This document shows positions 14,011 through 27,623 of a stretch of DNA of 64,000 bases, one piece after another. The position numbers were made by a program, and so were the translations under genes. Origin of the DNA: Haplodiscus bocki. Lineage: Eukaryota. Under the pieces are notes generated by a model, which saw only the letters and a list, made by a program, of their open reading frames with translations, searched no databases and had not been told where the DNA came from. The stretch's first letter is position 1, and each line of letters starts with the position of its first letter. The DNA lies in NCBI GenBank assembly GCA_965655095.1, contig OZ296655.1:66526001-66590000 (forward strand). The letters run 5' to 3'.

Positions 14011-16151
14011 TTAAATAAAAAGAGTTGGCAATTTTGTACTGAAAAAAAAGAAAAACGTCCCTACTGAATGAATAATTTTTCTTGCATATTACATATGCGG
14101 CGAAAATTAATAAATGTTCAAAATTACATCAATGGGTCAACAAATAAATTACCAAGCTCTCGCTAAGGCCTAGAGGTAACTGAGTTGAATAGCAATCATT
14201 CCTAGCAAGATTTTGCTATGGGTTTTATTTACTTCAGACAGAGCTGAGCCCAAAACTGGACTGTGGTATCTCTGATGTGGCCACCCCTTGAGTATGATCA
14301 AGCAAAAACTATTTTTGCAAAGGTTTAAGTTGCAGAATAAACTTTTATAATAGCCCGAGTTGACCACCATACAAAAAAAACAAGAAATAAATACTGAGTC
14401 ATATATGGTGATGTGATTGCATGAATGTTAGAAACTGTCCATACAAGAGTATGGCATACATGAATATCATAAGCTGGCGATCATATGGACCAGAGATGGT
14501 TTGCACGTTTTTAAAGACCTAAATCTTGTATGATTCCAGACAAACCACACATTGGAACATAGCATGATGCAGATTATGGAAACCCCGGAAAGGTTTATCC
14601 CCTTTTGGTTTATCATACATTAAAAAAGTTTCACAAAGAACCATACTTCTGACCATTTGAGCAGAGTTTTGAAATTTTTTGCAGGGTTTTTGATGATTTG
14701 CTAGTTGTTGGTAAGTTTTTCGCATGTTTTCCATTCTTTGCAGTATTTGACGAACCTAAATGAATGTTTTCATATGAGTTCGCCAGTTTTTGACAAGTGC
14801 TATTTTATAAATTGATGTAATTTGCTTTTTAATTGATGAAATTTAAAATGTAATTCGATAATATACATTGAGCAAAAAAATATTTCAACCCTATTGCTAC
14901 GTTTTTCCCCCAAGTTGAACGTGCATGAAAAATTTGTATGCTGCATTACTGCATGCAGGGACATACATATTTTTCTAAAACATAAAAAATGCAGTGATCT
15001 TGCATGAAAAAATCATACAAAAGTTTCATGCAACATGGTAAATTTCTAAAAAGTTTGCATGCAAAATATTGACAAAACTAATCAGAAACTACTTTCCCAC
15101 TTTCTTTATTAACTACTTCACCTCAGCAAAGTAGTACTAGTCTTTAATCATTCCCCGCAAACAGTCAAAAGTAAGAACAAAATATTGACTACTTTCTGAC
15201 GATAGTTTAGCTATGGATTACACGTACGGTCTCAACTTTGTAATACTATTTTTCAGCCTCCAACATTTTAATTCAGTATTTTTCACCAAAAGTTTTCTTT
15301 TCCGATGAACATGTTGGTAAGAGATTGCTAAAACGCCCTATTTGTACATGATAAGAAGCATCTGTTGCATATCAAACCTTTGATGTGGCTAAATAGAAGA
15401 TACGTAAAATGATTAATTTATCACGTTGACGAAAGTTTGATTGCACGTAATTTTGGAATAGTGGATGAAAATTTTAACATGGGGCACAGGTAATTTCGTG
15501 AAAACTTAAATAAGTCCGCAGCATTCAGATTTTGTATGTGGCATGGGAAAATTTTGCAAAATTTCTTGCAGCAGTCAAAATATCATGCACATAATTTTTT
15601 ACAAGAATCATGGAAAAACTTTTCAAAAGAGTCAGGAAAAGTACAGCAACATGTAAAAGCTTTATGCAAGCTGGATTAAAGTGAACAACAGACAAAACTA
15701 GAGCAATCAAATTGTTAGCATTTCCAAAAAAAAAGAAGCAAAATTGTGAAGAAAAATGATACATCGGCGAGAGAATTCAACAAACTGAATGACTGTACGA
15801 AGTCTGCATATTCAGAAAGTCTCGGGGCAAAGAAAAAAACTGTAGCCGCGAAAATAGCAAAACTTGAGACTAAATAAAAGATTCAGATAATGCTATAATG
15901 AAAAAAACATGAGTTTGATGGAGTGCCATAATGGAAAAACATGAAAAACGTTACATGACCTCACAAAGTACCATTAAAACCCTCAATTTGCCATACGAGT
16001 TTATCGCTGCAAAACGTTTCATACTATGACCATAGAAAGAAATCAGGAACTTACCATAGGCTGTTTTTTGTCAATGGCAATTTTAGCTGCATAGTTTGAT
16101 TTGCATGTTCGGGTAACCCAGGAGTGGCGTTTCGGTTAGTTTCATGAAACC

Positions 16152-18218
16152 TGTGATGAGTGTGTGTTTCCCAGTCATGACTTTTTTCACCGACCGACAA
16201 ATCATTTTCCTCAATGGTCTTGTTACTACGAGTCTCATCAGTTCCATTTAGGTTTGCCTTTGAGTTAAACCTGCTCGAAGCGGTCATCTGCAGGACAACT
16301 GCGTCACCCCAGAAATCCCTTTGATCTGGGTCTTATCCGTTTTTACTAGGATTAGGTACCGAGGAAGTACCAACTGTCCTCATCGTGAGTTCCAATCTGA
16401 GAACAAGCAAATTATACATGGCAAACGAAATTGCTTGATGTACACAAATCTCGACTGTGGCAACAGCATTTTTTAAATTCCTTTCCCACCTTGTCAGAGA
16501 TATTCTTTTCTAAAGTTTGCATGTCAACATTAGGGCCATTTTCGTTTGTTCACTGGTTTGCGTCCAGGGGAAAAATTCTCATGACCTTTGTCAACGACAT
16601 TAGTTTTTTCAAAGCTCGTGTTTGTACGACCAATAATTAGATAATCTGCAGTTTTTTCTAATTGGCTAAGAAGCCACTTGTTTTGCTGTTTCTTCGTACG
16701 AGTAGAAGTCAGATTAGTTTTACTAATCGAAAGTATTCAGACATCAAAACTATTTTAACAACAATTTGAACTTAAAAGACAGTTTTAAAAGAGATTAGCA
16801 ATCAAGGTTTGACGTGATTCTGAGTAACTGTTCGCTGAGTCACTTCAAGGTCAAAATGAAGTCCTTTCGGGCTTTCATCGGTGGTAATTCCCTCTGACGA
16901 CCTACTCTTTGTCATCCAATCACGGCGAGTCCTTCCATGGCGACAGAACTGCAACTGTAACTGTAACTGCAACCAAAAATTACATCAAGAAGTATTTACA
17001 GCGGGTTACATGACATCATGACCTATTTACAAAAAGTAAATTCAAAAACAGGAATCATACATGGGTGGTAGTGTTGCAGAGATGTGATCTGCATGAAGTT
17101 ACGGGTTATCATGGTCAAATCATTTTTTCTGGTTGAAAGCGAGTTCCTGTGTGATTCAATCTTGATTTAATGGTCTGAAGGTTAATTGTAGGGTCGAAAT
17201 TTTTATTAAGGGGTCAAAATTTGTGATGTGGTCAAATCGTAGCTAAACGACATGTGGTTGACAACACAGTTAGTTTGAACACCGGTCACAGTAATTGGTA
17301 TTGGCCGTTATTTCTAAAACAGGTCCAAATTAACAAAGTAAAGTCAGTTTCCCTCTTTTTTAGGTTTGTTAGCACGTAATTATGAAAAATGGACACCAAC
17401 CATGATGATACCATCAGCTGTAGACATAACCATATGGTATATTTCGCTTCACGTATGCAAAAGTATTGCACTAGTTTTTGGCTGTGGTTGGCGATTCACT
17501 TCATGTATGACGCTTTGGCTTGATATCTTGAGAATATTTTAGTTAATATAATTTTGAATGGGCTTTGCTAATTTTGGACATTGAACGGAATACTACTGCA
17601 CTTTTGTAACACCAATTGACTGTATACGTTCTTAGTATGTTTCAGTTAAGATATATCAAATATTAATCCTGGTTTTTGAATTCTAGCCATTCCGTCTTCT
17701 TTAAGCGTGATTGCGTCGTAGCGTTGTATTTATTTCGATCAAGCAATCATCTAGCATTGATAGCACCTTTTGGTTTGTTGAGTTAAAAACCAGTCAAAAT
17801 ACCAGCACTGGTCTTGCTTTATTTTCACTACTAAATTTCTCGGCTGGTCAAAACATGGTCATCAAAGATAGTTTTGAACAAACGCTGAATAGCGGTAGCA
17901 CAAGCTTTGAGTGGACCGGGCGACTTTGAGTAATTGCGTAACAGGAAGAAAGCATCTTTTAATTGCAAATTGTTCACGTATTAGTCCTTGTATTCTAAAT
18001 CTCGTTTAATTTCGCACAATTTCTTCGTCGGTTTTTTGGGTTTACTATATTGCAGCGATTGATGCTTTCTAATATTGTATAAAGTAGTAGAGGTCAAAAT
18101 ATTTTTAGTTGTTGTTGTTGTTGTCTTGCAATGAAGGCCGATTTCTTGGTGTGACCCGTACAGGAGTTGCGGGAGGAGGTATCTTAGGTTTGTCCATCGC
18201 ATGCACTAGCTCGCTACA
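16152..18218 (-). mobile_element. Old, diverged family-C LTR with decayed ORF
   Basis: Ends ...CACACACTCATCACA at 16152; DETRSN...HTHH matches DETRRN...THH; TSTRTKKQQNKWLLSQL near 16710 matches MVSTRKKRQSNKRLLSQL. The far end (TGTAGCGA at 18218) is tentative, with no clean TSD. Confidence 0.6.
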
Positions 18219-18595
18219 ACCAATGTGCAGTGTACAAAAAACATTTATTTTGACCAAACATCGGAAATAAATGTTACATTTTTTATTGAATTCCTAAATA
18301 CAATTAAGATATGATGAAGTGTAATTCGACTTTTTTTTCAAAATGTATGAACAACATACACAGTAATAGTATGGCCAATTTTGCAAAAAAATCTCAACAT
18401 TGGAGGAGCAATCTAGATCCCCACATTTCAATCACTGTTTCTTTTCCCCAGAGAGTGCAGGTTTGTCTTCCAGGAAAATTTCTGGTGCATCAAAAAAAGC
18501 TTCCCCGAAAGCTGCTGTCGTTGCGCAGCCGAATCCAGACGATTCAGCAGATCGAAAGATTCTGGACTCCTTTTTCCATGATTAATTATATGCCC

Positions 18596-19523
18596 TGCTG
18601 ATGAGAATGTGATTGTCGGTCAAAATGTGTACTTGGGACCGACAGTTCACTTACCTAGTCAAGTATGTTTCGTGGAGTCTAATCATTCGATTTTAATTCG
18701 TGAGATGTGTTATTTCTTTCGGATGCAATTTCAAAAGAGGTAGTACCTATGCCTTCTTCACTTTTTGAATTTACTGCAACACTAGCAGCGTCCCGTCCAG
18801 AAGACGCATTTTTTGACCTGACTGCGACTTCAATTCCTGGAGTGATGATATTATCAATCGCTGTCGAAATTGCGTTCCTCATTTGTATCAACCACACGGC
18901 TCAAGTCCCCATCAATGCTTTCAATGAAACATCTCTCGAAAGTTCAATTTTTCACCGTATTCTCATTGGATGTTTTATACTGTCAATGTTATTCCTATAA
19001 AATTCTCGGTCAGCAAGATCGTTGTCGACCACAACGTTTGAATTTCCACTGCTTGCAGTGCCGCCGATAATTACATCTCGATCGGAGTCATCTAAAAGGC
19101 TAAGGAGCCCCCTGTTTTTCTGCCGTTTTTTTCGAATCGAAACAATGTTTGCTTTGACAAGTGGGTTACACTTTCAGGAAAAACTTATTCAAACAAAAAA
19201 CTTTCAATATAATTGGTTATCGAATGGTATTACAATTAGAATAAAAACTGCAGTTTTGTTATTAGTTTCGACTAACTGTTATGTACAGACATTCTTGATG
19301 ATCTGGTTTCAGATCTGAGTCAGCTTCGGGTCAGAATTCTTTTGGTTGACTTTCTGTTCGGCCACCAATGAGCGTACTCAGCTTGATGACGTATTACCTG
19401 TAACTCATGACTAAATTCAAAATAAAAAAATTGCTGCCACTTTTTGTATGACGTCGTTGTTATATCATCCCAAAATTAACGAGTATTTGTAATCAGAAGG
19501 AAAAATGCCGAAAAAATTTGACA
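18596..19523 (-). mobile_element. Family-C LTR 3' part, cut by assembly gap
   Basis: NAISTAIDNIITPGIEVAVRSKNASSGRDA matches NAILVAIDNIVAPKIELAIRSINASSGRDV of 52288-52956; upstream DNA matches 45720-45900. Confidence 0.85.
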
Positions 19524-19723
19524 NNNNNNNNNNNNNNNNNNNNNNNNNNNNNNNNNNNNNNNNNNNNNNNNNNNNNNNNNNNNNNNNNNNNNNNNNNNNN
19601 NNNNNNNNNNNNNNNNNNNNNNNNNNNNNNNNNNNNNNNNNNNNNNNNNNNNNNNNNNNNNNNNNNNNNNNNNNNNNNNNNNNNNNNNNNNNNNNNNNNN
19701 NNNNNNNNNNNNNNNNNNNNNNN

Positions 19724-19766
19724 AAGCTTTTATTACCGTGCCGACAAAAAGTCAAACATTTTCCCA
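19724..19766 (-). mobile_element. Short family-B LTR fragment next to the gap
   Basis: Reverse complement of 50371-50413 (TGGGAAAATGTTTGACTTTTTGTCGGCACGGTAATAAAAGCTT). Confidence 0.7.
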
Positions 19767-20394
19767 TTCAACGATCATTTAAATGCAATTTAATTTTCAA
19801 TGACAATAACAGATCTTTATGGCCGTATCTTTATGTGGTCGTAAAAAATCATACAAATGACGCTTTCAGGGAACAACAGGTCCTTCGTAGCTGTTTTTCC
19901 TCACCAATGTTTACTGATGAAACCAAGCAAACCACCTGACTACTTCAATATCACGTGTGTTGACGACAATTTTGCAACGAAGATTTGTTTGTCACGATTT
20001 GTCGATACTTTTCATTCTTGATGTGCCATATATTTGCTTTTTCCGGAAGTGCAACCTATTATCGCCATGTAACATGCGGTGATATTGCTTTCATATACGG
20101 GTCAAGTAATAGTTATTGAGTCAGTTACAAGTTTGATGTCAGGAAATGGAATATCCTGACTGGTGAACGAACCCGCCGGTTAACTGAAGAAGACTGGACT
20201 CAATGTTCATCTAAAATTCAATCCAGAAAATTGAGAGTACTGCCAAATTATTTATTTTCTTGAAATTGTTCTTGTCAAAACTGAGACCTTCTAAGTCGAT
20301 CTTGAAATTGCTTTGTTAGAAGTTGTTTTTGTTGAACTTTTTTGTTGAATTTCATTGATTTTACGAGAAGCGCAATTTACATGTGAGAATATAT

Positions 20395-20938
20395 ATGGCT
20401 TCAGCCCGAAAGAAGAAACTGCAGAACAGCAGATCTTTAGACAATAAGATGCTTTCGATCAAAGTATAATTCCGGCAACTCAGCGAGTAGTGAAAGGCAA
20501 GATGTTGAAGTCAGAAGTGTTAATAAATTTGATCAAAACAAAATTTGTAGCAACGCAATCGACCAGAACTCCGTAGATAATCTAATTTTAGAGAAGAGCA
20601 TGACCGTTAGGATCACTAAGGAAAGGAATTGTCGTTGAGTTTATAGATTATGGATTTCAGATTTCCATTTTGGACGAAGTAGCGATATTATCATATTGTC
20701 TATCAACTTAGGAGTTAGTTCCATGAATGTAGCAACGGACAGAATGATACCACTGTCATGAATAATTTCGAACGTGAGGAATGGCCGGTGTGATTTTTAT
20801 TTTCCGAGAACGTCTGATAAAGTAACACTTTTCATGATTTCTATTTAACTGATTAGATTACAGAGTATAACACCGACGAGGCGACTTGACTTCTGGTCCC
20901 GAAAATACATTTTAACCGGCAATCACACACTCATCACA
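20395..20938 (+). mobile_element. Highly decayed family-C LTR 3' part
   Basis: ATG GCT TCA GCC CGA AAG AAG (MASARKK) at 20395; family end motif ACATTTTAACCGGCAATCACACACTCATCACA ending at 20938. Confidence 0.7.
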
Positions 20939-23900
20939 GGAATTACGGAAGCTTCCTTGCCGTCTGTCTTTTTAAACTTTCAAATACCCGAGCTGATGTA
21001 ACATAGAACTCATACACTGTCGCGTTTTTGAACCATACACTTCGATACAAATAAAGGCATTGATTTGGCAATGCCATTCATGAAAACTTTCTTTATTTTG
21101 CATGTCGACCTTAGTTTTTACTGTTTGGTTACTAAATGGCATCACATCAAATATTGACCTTCGAACAACTTCAATGACAACTTGAATAGGCCTCAAATGG
21201 GATTCATGATCATCATTATTGACGATTGAATAGTTTTCAAGGCATCATCTTCTGACATTTAGCTTGTTTGACGTCTGTTAAGTCTCAGCTTGCTAAATTC
21301 AAGGTCTTGATACTCGCAGGGGCATCAGCAACCCGATGCAAAATCGTGTCTGAAACAACAGAGTAATTGAAGAAAGATCTAAAGCACGAAAACTATTAGA
21401 AATAGTTTGTAGGAACGAAGTCTGACTAAAGAAGAAATCAAAACCAAAAAATTCGGTTTGTTGAACTTTTGTTTAGTCTCAGACGGCCAAAAGACAAGGT
21501 CTTGACATTTACACTACATCCATTAACGATCAGGTGCAAAGAGGCCGCAAATGAACATAGGAAGTAAAAACGAGCTACAAAAAAACAATAATATCGATGA
21601 AATTTTGCTATTAGTCGAGTCATACAATGGTTGCATGAATCCTAGAAAGTCAGGAAATGTACCTTTTCAAGGACTTTCCATGAACGCAATGATATCTAGT
21701 CTAGGTTCTGCATATGGTACAGGGTATCATAAATCTATAGACCAACATCAATGATATTTTATGAGTTCAATGTTCTTTTATAAGGTAATCACAGACACAA
21801 TTATCGGTCTCTGCTTATTAGACGCAAATGAAAGTCTTTGACTTAATTGTAAAGGTTTTTTACTAAAAGATCTTCTTGAGTCAGGAGTCTAACGTAGTAA
21901 CAGCTTTAAGCAGGCAAACCGCTAGCCTTTTATGGTCGACGGTCGTCTTTTGTCTTACCGTTCATAACCAGTAAAAAATGAGTGAAGATGAGTGGTTGGT
22001 TGAACAACTTCGCTTCTGCTGAGGCCGTTTTTGGCGTTGTGGTTTTTACCATTGAGCTTCATTACTTTTACTAACAATACACTTCTGTAGTTGCCACGAC
22101 CACCCGCATTCGAATCCCATCGCAAAAGACAAATGTGCATTCCGCGTAAACTTTGTCTCAAATTTGTTATAAATTTCTGGAATAGAATTCTCCAATGGGA
22201 GAGATCTTTTTTCTGCTCCGAAGAATTTTTCTTTCAAGTTTTTACCAATTTGAGACTTTATGAAGTTTCTCAACCATTTTCACCGAGAATTCATATTGGT
22301 ACCGAAAAATCCATCTTTCCAAGTCTTTCGAAATTTAACTAGAAAACTTTCGGTTCCCAAAACTTTTAGCTTTTTTCGCCCCTTGCTGACTTTTTTCTTT
22401 ACGGAGTCAAACTTTTCGAGCTGAAGTTGACAAATTTATTACTATCATAAAGAATTTTGAGATCATGGCATTTTTTGAAACAAAACTTCGAGTAGTCATG
22501 TTTTGAATGTGAAATACCTTGCCAAATCTTCGTGTCTTTTGACGAGTTTCGCCTTTTTGTCTTATGAATCATCTTTTTGACAACACATGGAGAAAATATC
22601 GGAACAAGTTATTTTCTTCCGAAATTCAATATTTTTTACCGAATTTTTTTTAGTTTTAAAACAGACCAAAAGTAGGTTTTCCTCAATTTTTTTTCGGGAA
22701 CTTCGTCTTTTCTTGTTCTATATCAAATTTTAGTTGGCAGGCCAAGTTGGTACAAAACACAAGCTCGAAAAAATAAAGTTAAATATAGCAGGAGTCTCCG
22801 AATTGATGATCGAAGTTTTCCAGTGTTTAAGTGTAAAACAAAAGTTCCTGTTTTCTCGACATTTCGGAATACTTGCTCTTCCGTCTCGTAGGTCTTTTTG
22901 TACAAGTGAAGTAAAAACCAATGTCTGAGGACGAAGTTTGACATTTTTTCAGAAACATTTTTAATTTGCTACAAAATGGTCGTTTTTGGATGACAGAAAA
23001 ACTATTTTTTACGATTTTTTCTCCTTTGTCTTCCAAATCATCTTTGTGACTACGTCCCCAGTTAAATCGAATATAACTTGTTCATTTTTGGAAAAATTCA
23101 ACATATTCTTCCAAAGTGGTTAACTCAGTGCTCCAGGTTTAGCCAAAAAATGCTTTGGTTAGGAATTTTCTACAGACTTTTTGTTGCTTTACTGTCCAAA
23201 TCAGCATTTTGGCTAGTAATGAATGCATCAAATGTGACGAAAACTAAATCCACCTTGCTCTAAGGATCTTGAAGCTTCATTTTTGTATAACTACTCTCTA
23301 TGTGGCCAAGAACCAGAATCACTTGATGCTTTGGTTTGTTATAATTTTTAAAGATGAACTAAAAACCTCTTTGGTAAAAATGGTCGCATGTCTCTAGAAA
23401 AATATAAAACTTTGCAATTTCCTAGAGAAAGAATGAAGTTTTTCGCAAAAATCCCAGAAAAAATGTTTAAACAGAGCCTGGCAAATTTCAATTTTTAAAG
23501 AAGGGTTTAAACCCACATCGAAACTTTCAAAGAATTTCACATTAGTTCAACAGGCTTTTTCCTGATTTAATTGTTAGTGCCTATCCGAAAGGTCAAAAAA
23601 CAGGAAACTTTTTTTTGCAAGTTTTAAAAAGCTTCGGTTTAGTTTTGTGCTGCTAATATAACCAATAATTGTTCTGGAAAATGATCGTCAAACACCTAAT
23701 TTTCCTATTCGTTCAAAACTTGCATCATGCGAGATTACCGGTCGAGGGCAGAGTATGCGCTACTAGCAGCGTTGAAGTTTGTTCATACTGGGTCGCGGAC
23801 TGACGCATATTTTTTAACCTTGCCTCATACTAAACTTTGTTTTGAATGAAAGGAGTTTCCTTAGTTTCATTCTGTAGGAAACATGAGAATTTTCAACTCA

Positions 23901-25990
23901 TAGCGAGAAATTTGTTGCTGTTTTCATTTGCCTTTTTCACAGTTTTTGTTTCTTTGAAACACTTCAAGAAAAATTGCGTCCAGCCATCGCTAGTCCAAAT
24001 TGTCGCCACTTGGTGTCAATGGCATGACAGAAGTTAACTGTTCTAAAGTTTTTAGACAATGATTCTGTTTTGTATTTCAAAATACAACGGTGTTTTCTTT
24101 TGGCTGAACCGTTAAAGGTTCTCTTTACAGACTATTCGTCCGATTGCGCCCATTGAATTTTCATTGAAAAACCCACAAATTGGAGAAGCTGTGGAAGACC
24201 AAGAATGCTTATCATTTGATTTTTTCTCTGCGATTTTTTTGACGAGTAATTTCCAATGCGAAAACTTATAGCTCTGCATCCTTCTTCAAAGTTGTTTTTC
24301 TCGAAGACTACAAGTTGGATTGTGGTAGGTCAGTTTTCATACTTCTGTACGTTTTTCCCCGAAATGTTTTTTCCCAATAATATTGGTAGGATTTAGGCAA
24401 CTTTGCACATTCGGAAGCCTATAGAAAAAGAGGAGTTGAGGAGAATCCGGGATGTCCCGTTTTAAAGCTTTCACTCATTTTTAGACTTGTTGACTTGGTG
24501 TTTGAGAAGTTTTAGTTTCGTTCTTCGCTGGAACTGATTTTCTGGAGACTACAGGATGAATTGAAGTCATCAAGTGTGTCGCGTTATAGCTAACGCTTAA
24601 ACAGATATATTTCTTAAATGCGAGCAGTAAGCAATTAAACAGGAAATGAATGTTTAATAAGAGAACTGCGGATAGTATTGACTAACCTGGGAGTTGCTGT
24701 TGCTGGTAAATGGCGTGCAATATAAAAGAAAGCTGAAGGATTGGAATTGCCCAAAGAGAAGGAAAAGCAAAATTTCTAAAAGCGTGGAAATGTGGTTCAA
24801 CGCTATTGGCTCAACGACTAGTCACGAAGATGCCGTCATAACTTCGTTTCATAGCTGGTACGAGAAAGCGGCTTGGCCATTATTGACTTACTTGCTTACT
24901 GGACGGCGGCCATACTTATTCCCCTTTATTCAACTCCCTTTCCTTATTTCCTCTTCCTTCTTGCTTGGTTAAAATTACCCTGAATTCTCTTCTTTCTTTC
25001 CGCGGACGAAAATATTCACAGACAATTCCAGCTTGGCTTGCCTACAAATTCTGCCGCTTACAGACCCAACCTTCCAGCTCTTCATTTCTCACCAAATGAT
25101 CCTATTGACTCTCGCCAAAACCGGCGGCCATTTTGAAAATTGAGTATAAATAACCAGCGCACGGCCATATTCATTCATTGCTTGCTAGCCTATTTCCCCG
25201 AGGCGAACCTCTCTTTCTCTTCCCTCTCATCATAATTTTGGAATAAAATCTTAACTCCGAAATTATTCTAAGACAATTTCATAACTTGTCTTTGTCAGAA
25301 ATTCTGTTCTACAGAGCCAACCTTCCTGCTCTCGATTTCTCACCGAATGACCCTATTGGCTCTCGCTCGAACGGCGGCCATTTTGAAATATCGAGTAAAA
25401 ATACCTGGCACACAGCCATCTTTAGTCATTACTTACTTACTTGCTTACCGGACGGCTTACTTCTCTTACCTTACTTTACTCTCTTACCTTACTCTCTTCT
25501 TGCTTTACTTTACTTTACTCTCCTCTTCCCTTTTGCTGGGATAAAATTAATCCAAAATTCTCTCGACACTTTTGCCATCGGAGGATAAACGGTGTCCACT
25601 AACGCTAGCTTCGGTATTAGCGTGTGCTGATTCCGTGGATGAACTTCGGTTCTGAAGCAAGAGTGGATCTTAAATTGCACAACTCTTGCCATCGGAGTAT
25701 AAACGGTGTCCACTAACGCTAGCTTCAGTAATAGCGTGTGCGGGTTCCGCTGACGAGCTCCGGTTCTGAAGCATGAGAGGATCTTAAACTGCACGACCCC
25801 CACGAGGTTCCTAGGCAAAGAGATTTGACGTTACTCATAGACCAAATCTCACCTCGTCTGCGTCCGTTGCAATTAGAATTCGTTCTAATTTGCGAGTTAT
25901 GGATCAAATATGCAGAAACCGTCCCCTTTCCAAAATTGAAACTGTTCCTACCGACTAAACAATTTCCATTGACTTTGCTATTCGCAACGC

Positions 25991-26040
25991 TTTCCTATTG
26001 GTCGATTATTCGATCACGTCATAATAGGGTATAAATACCC
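25991..26040 (+). promoter_or_regulatory. LTR core promoter (inverted CCAAT plus TATA box)
   Basis: CCTATTGG then GGGTATAAATACCC (TATA 26030-26037); conserved at 57934-57977 and 62663-62706. Confidence 0.6.
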
Positions 26041-26296
26041 CGTACTCTCTCACTTTATTCATTCGCTTTCCTACCGTCAACTGGCTTAACTCCCCGAGGC
26101 GAAACTCTTCCACTTTCCTTCCATCATATTTCTAGAGCTTAATTCTTGCTCTGAAAATATTCTAAAACAATTTTGAAACTTGTCTTTGCCAAATTCCTTC
26201 ATCGCCTCTTCACAATTATTCAAAGACTTTTTCGCCTGCAAAATCGTCTTAGCCGCAATTCACCAATATCCCGGAAATATTCAAAGACTTTCCGGC

Positions 26297-26475
26297 CACC
26301 AACAGCAGCAATCAACAGCAACCAGCAGCAGCAAACAGCAGCAATCAACAGCAACCAGAAGCAGCAAACAGCAGCAATCACCAGCAACCAGCAGCAGCAA
26401 ACAGCAGCAATCAACAGCAACCAGCAGCAGCAATCAACAGCAGCAACCAGCACCAGCGACCAGCAACAGCAATCA
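26297..26475 (+). repeat. CAG/CAA-rich 30-bp minisatellite inside the LTR
   Basis: Repeats of ACAGCAGCAATCAACAGCAACCAGCAGCAGCAA-type units; a short degenerate version lies at 58725-58805. Confidence 0.85.
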
Positions 26476-27623
26476 GAATCCATCCTACCAGCAGCACCTA
26501 CACAATCCACGACAACTTCCGTTAGTTATAACTACGGTTCCTAGCTGAGGCTATGTCCGGCTAGAAGTTGATTTAGGACTAGTTGCCCGGTAGCAGAGTG
26601 CAGTCACCGCACTGAGGCCTATTTGTGTGACTTTTCCATTTTTCAAAATCCCTTTTTGTGACTTTTCCCTTTTCGCTAAGACCTACTTTGATTTTCAATT
26701 GGTAAAAGTAAAACGTTTATTATTCACGACCTATCGGCAGTCCCTATGACGTATGCCTTGGTCGCAGATAAAAGAGAATAAAATTCATTGCTGGTTTCCC
26801 GTGGGTCCGGACTGTATCGGCAGGGACTAGAACACCAGCTTAAGATTATGACCCGACGCGTGGAATATCCATACGATGGTCCTTGTTTAGACTAAGAGTA
26901 GTGTAAAATGCATGTAAAATAAAATACATGTAATTTGAACCCCCTTTCCCTACAGACTGGCCTATCCAGCTTGGGACTAAAACAGGGGCTAGTCTTTTTT
27001 TACCCGTAATCCTAGCTTATCTAGAGAGACGTGGTATAGCTAAACGTAAAACAAACTGTAAAATGGCGGGCTAAAAGGGGCCGACCAGAGGTAAGACGGG
27101 ATTTGTTCGCCACCCGCACTGGTCAAAAAAATAAAGTGGTGTATGTGAAACGTTTTGTTCTATTATCAGACAGTGGATGTGGATGTGGATTAGTTTTAAT
27201 TTTGATGTTTCATATTTTTTAGTTTATAATTTTAAAATTTAATGGGACTGAATTTGAATAGTCCAAGAATCTATTGTAACAATTTATTTTATAATTCAAT
27301 TGGACTGAATTGAACAAGTCCAATTTCTATTCATGATTTTATAGATTTTAAATTAAATTTAATTCAATAAATTCAACGCTTATACTTAATTTCATAATTT
27401 CAATTCAGACTAAATTAAAGTAGTCTGAATTGGTGGACGTTGATTTCATTTTATAATTTTAATTCAGACTAAATTAATGTGGTCTGGATTATTTAATTTT
27501 GATTTTATTTCCACTCCTAAAGTGGAATCAATTTAACGTGATTACAATTCAACAATTTGTGGCATCCCCTAATTAACCCCTCGTTTACTCTTCCAACTTT
27601 ATGTTGAATAAAATTCAATGTCT

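Noticed and set aside
19465-19939. ORFs spanning N runs (also 56556-56759)
   Set aside because: Artefacts of assembly gaps.
25745-25780. Canonical hammerhead ribozyme call
   Set aside because: CTGACGA occurs in only one copy, GAAA is GAAG, and the junction lengths do not fit; kept only as a hypothesis in the findings.
26173-26548. Poly-Q or Cys-rich protein ORFs
   Set aside because: Three open frames arise from a stop-free CAG minisatellite inside an LTR.
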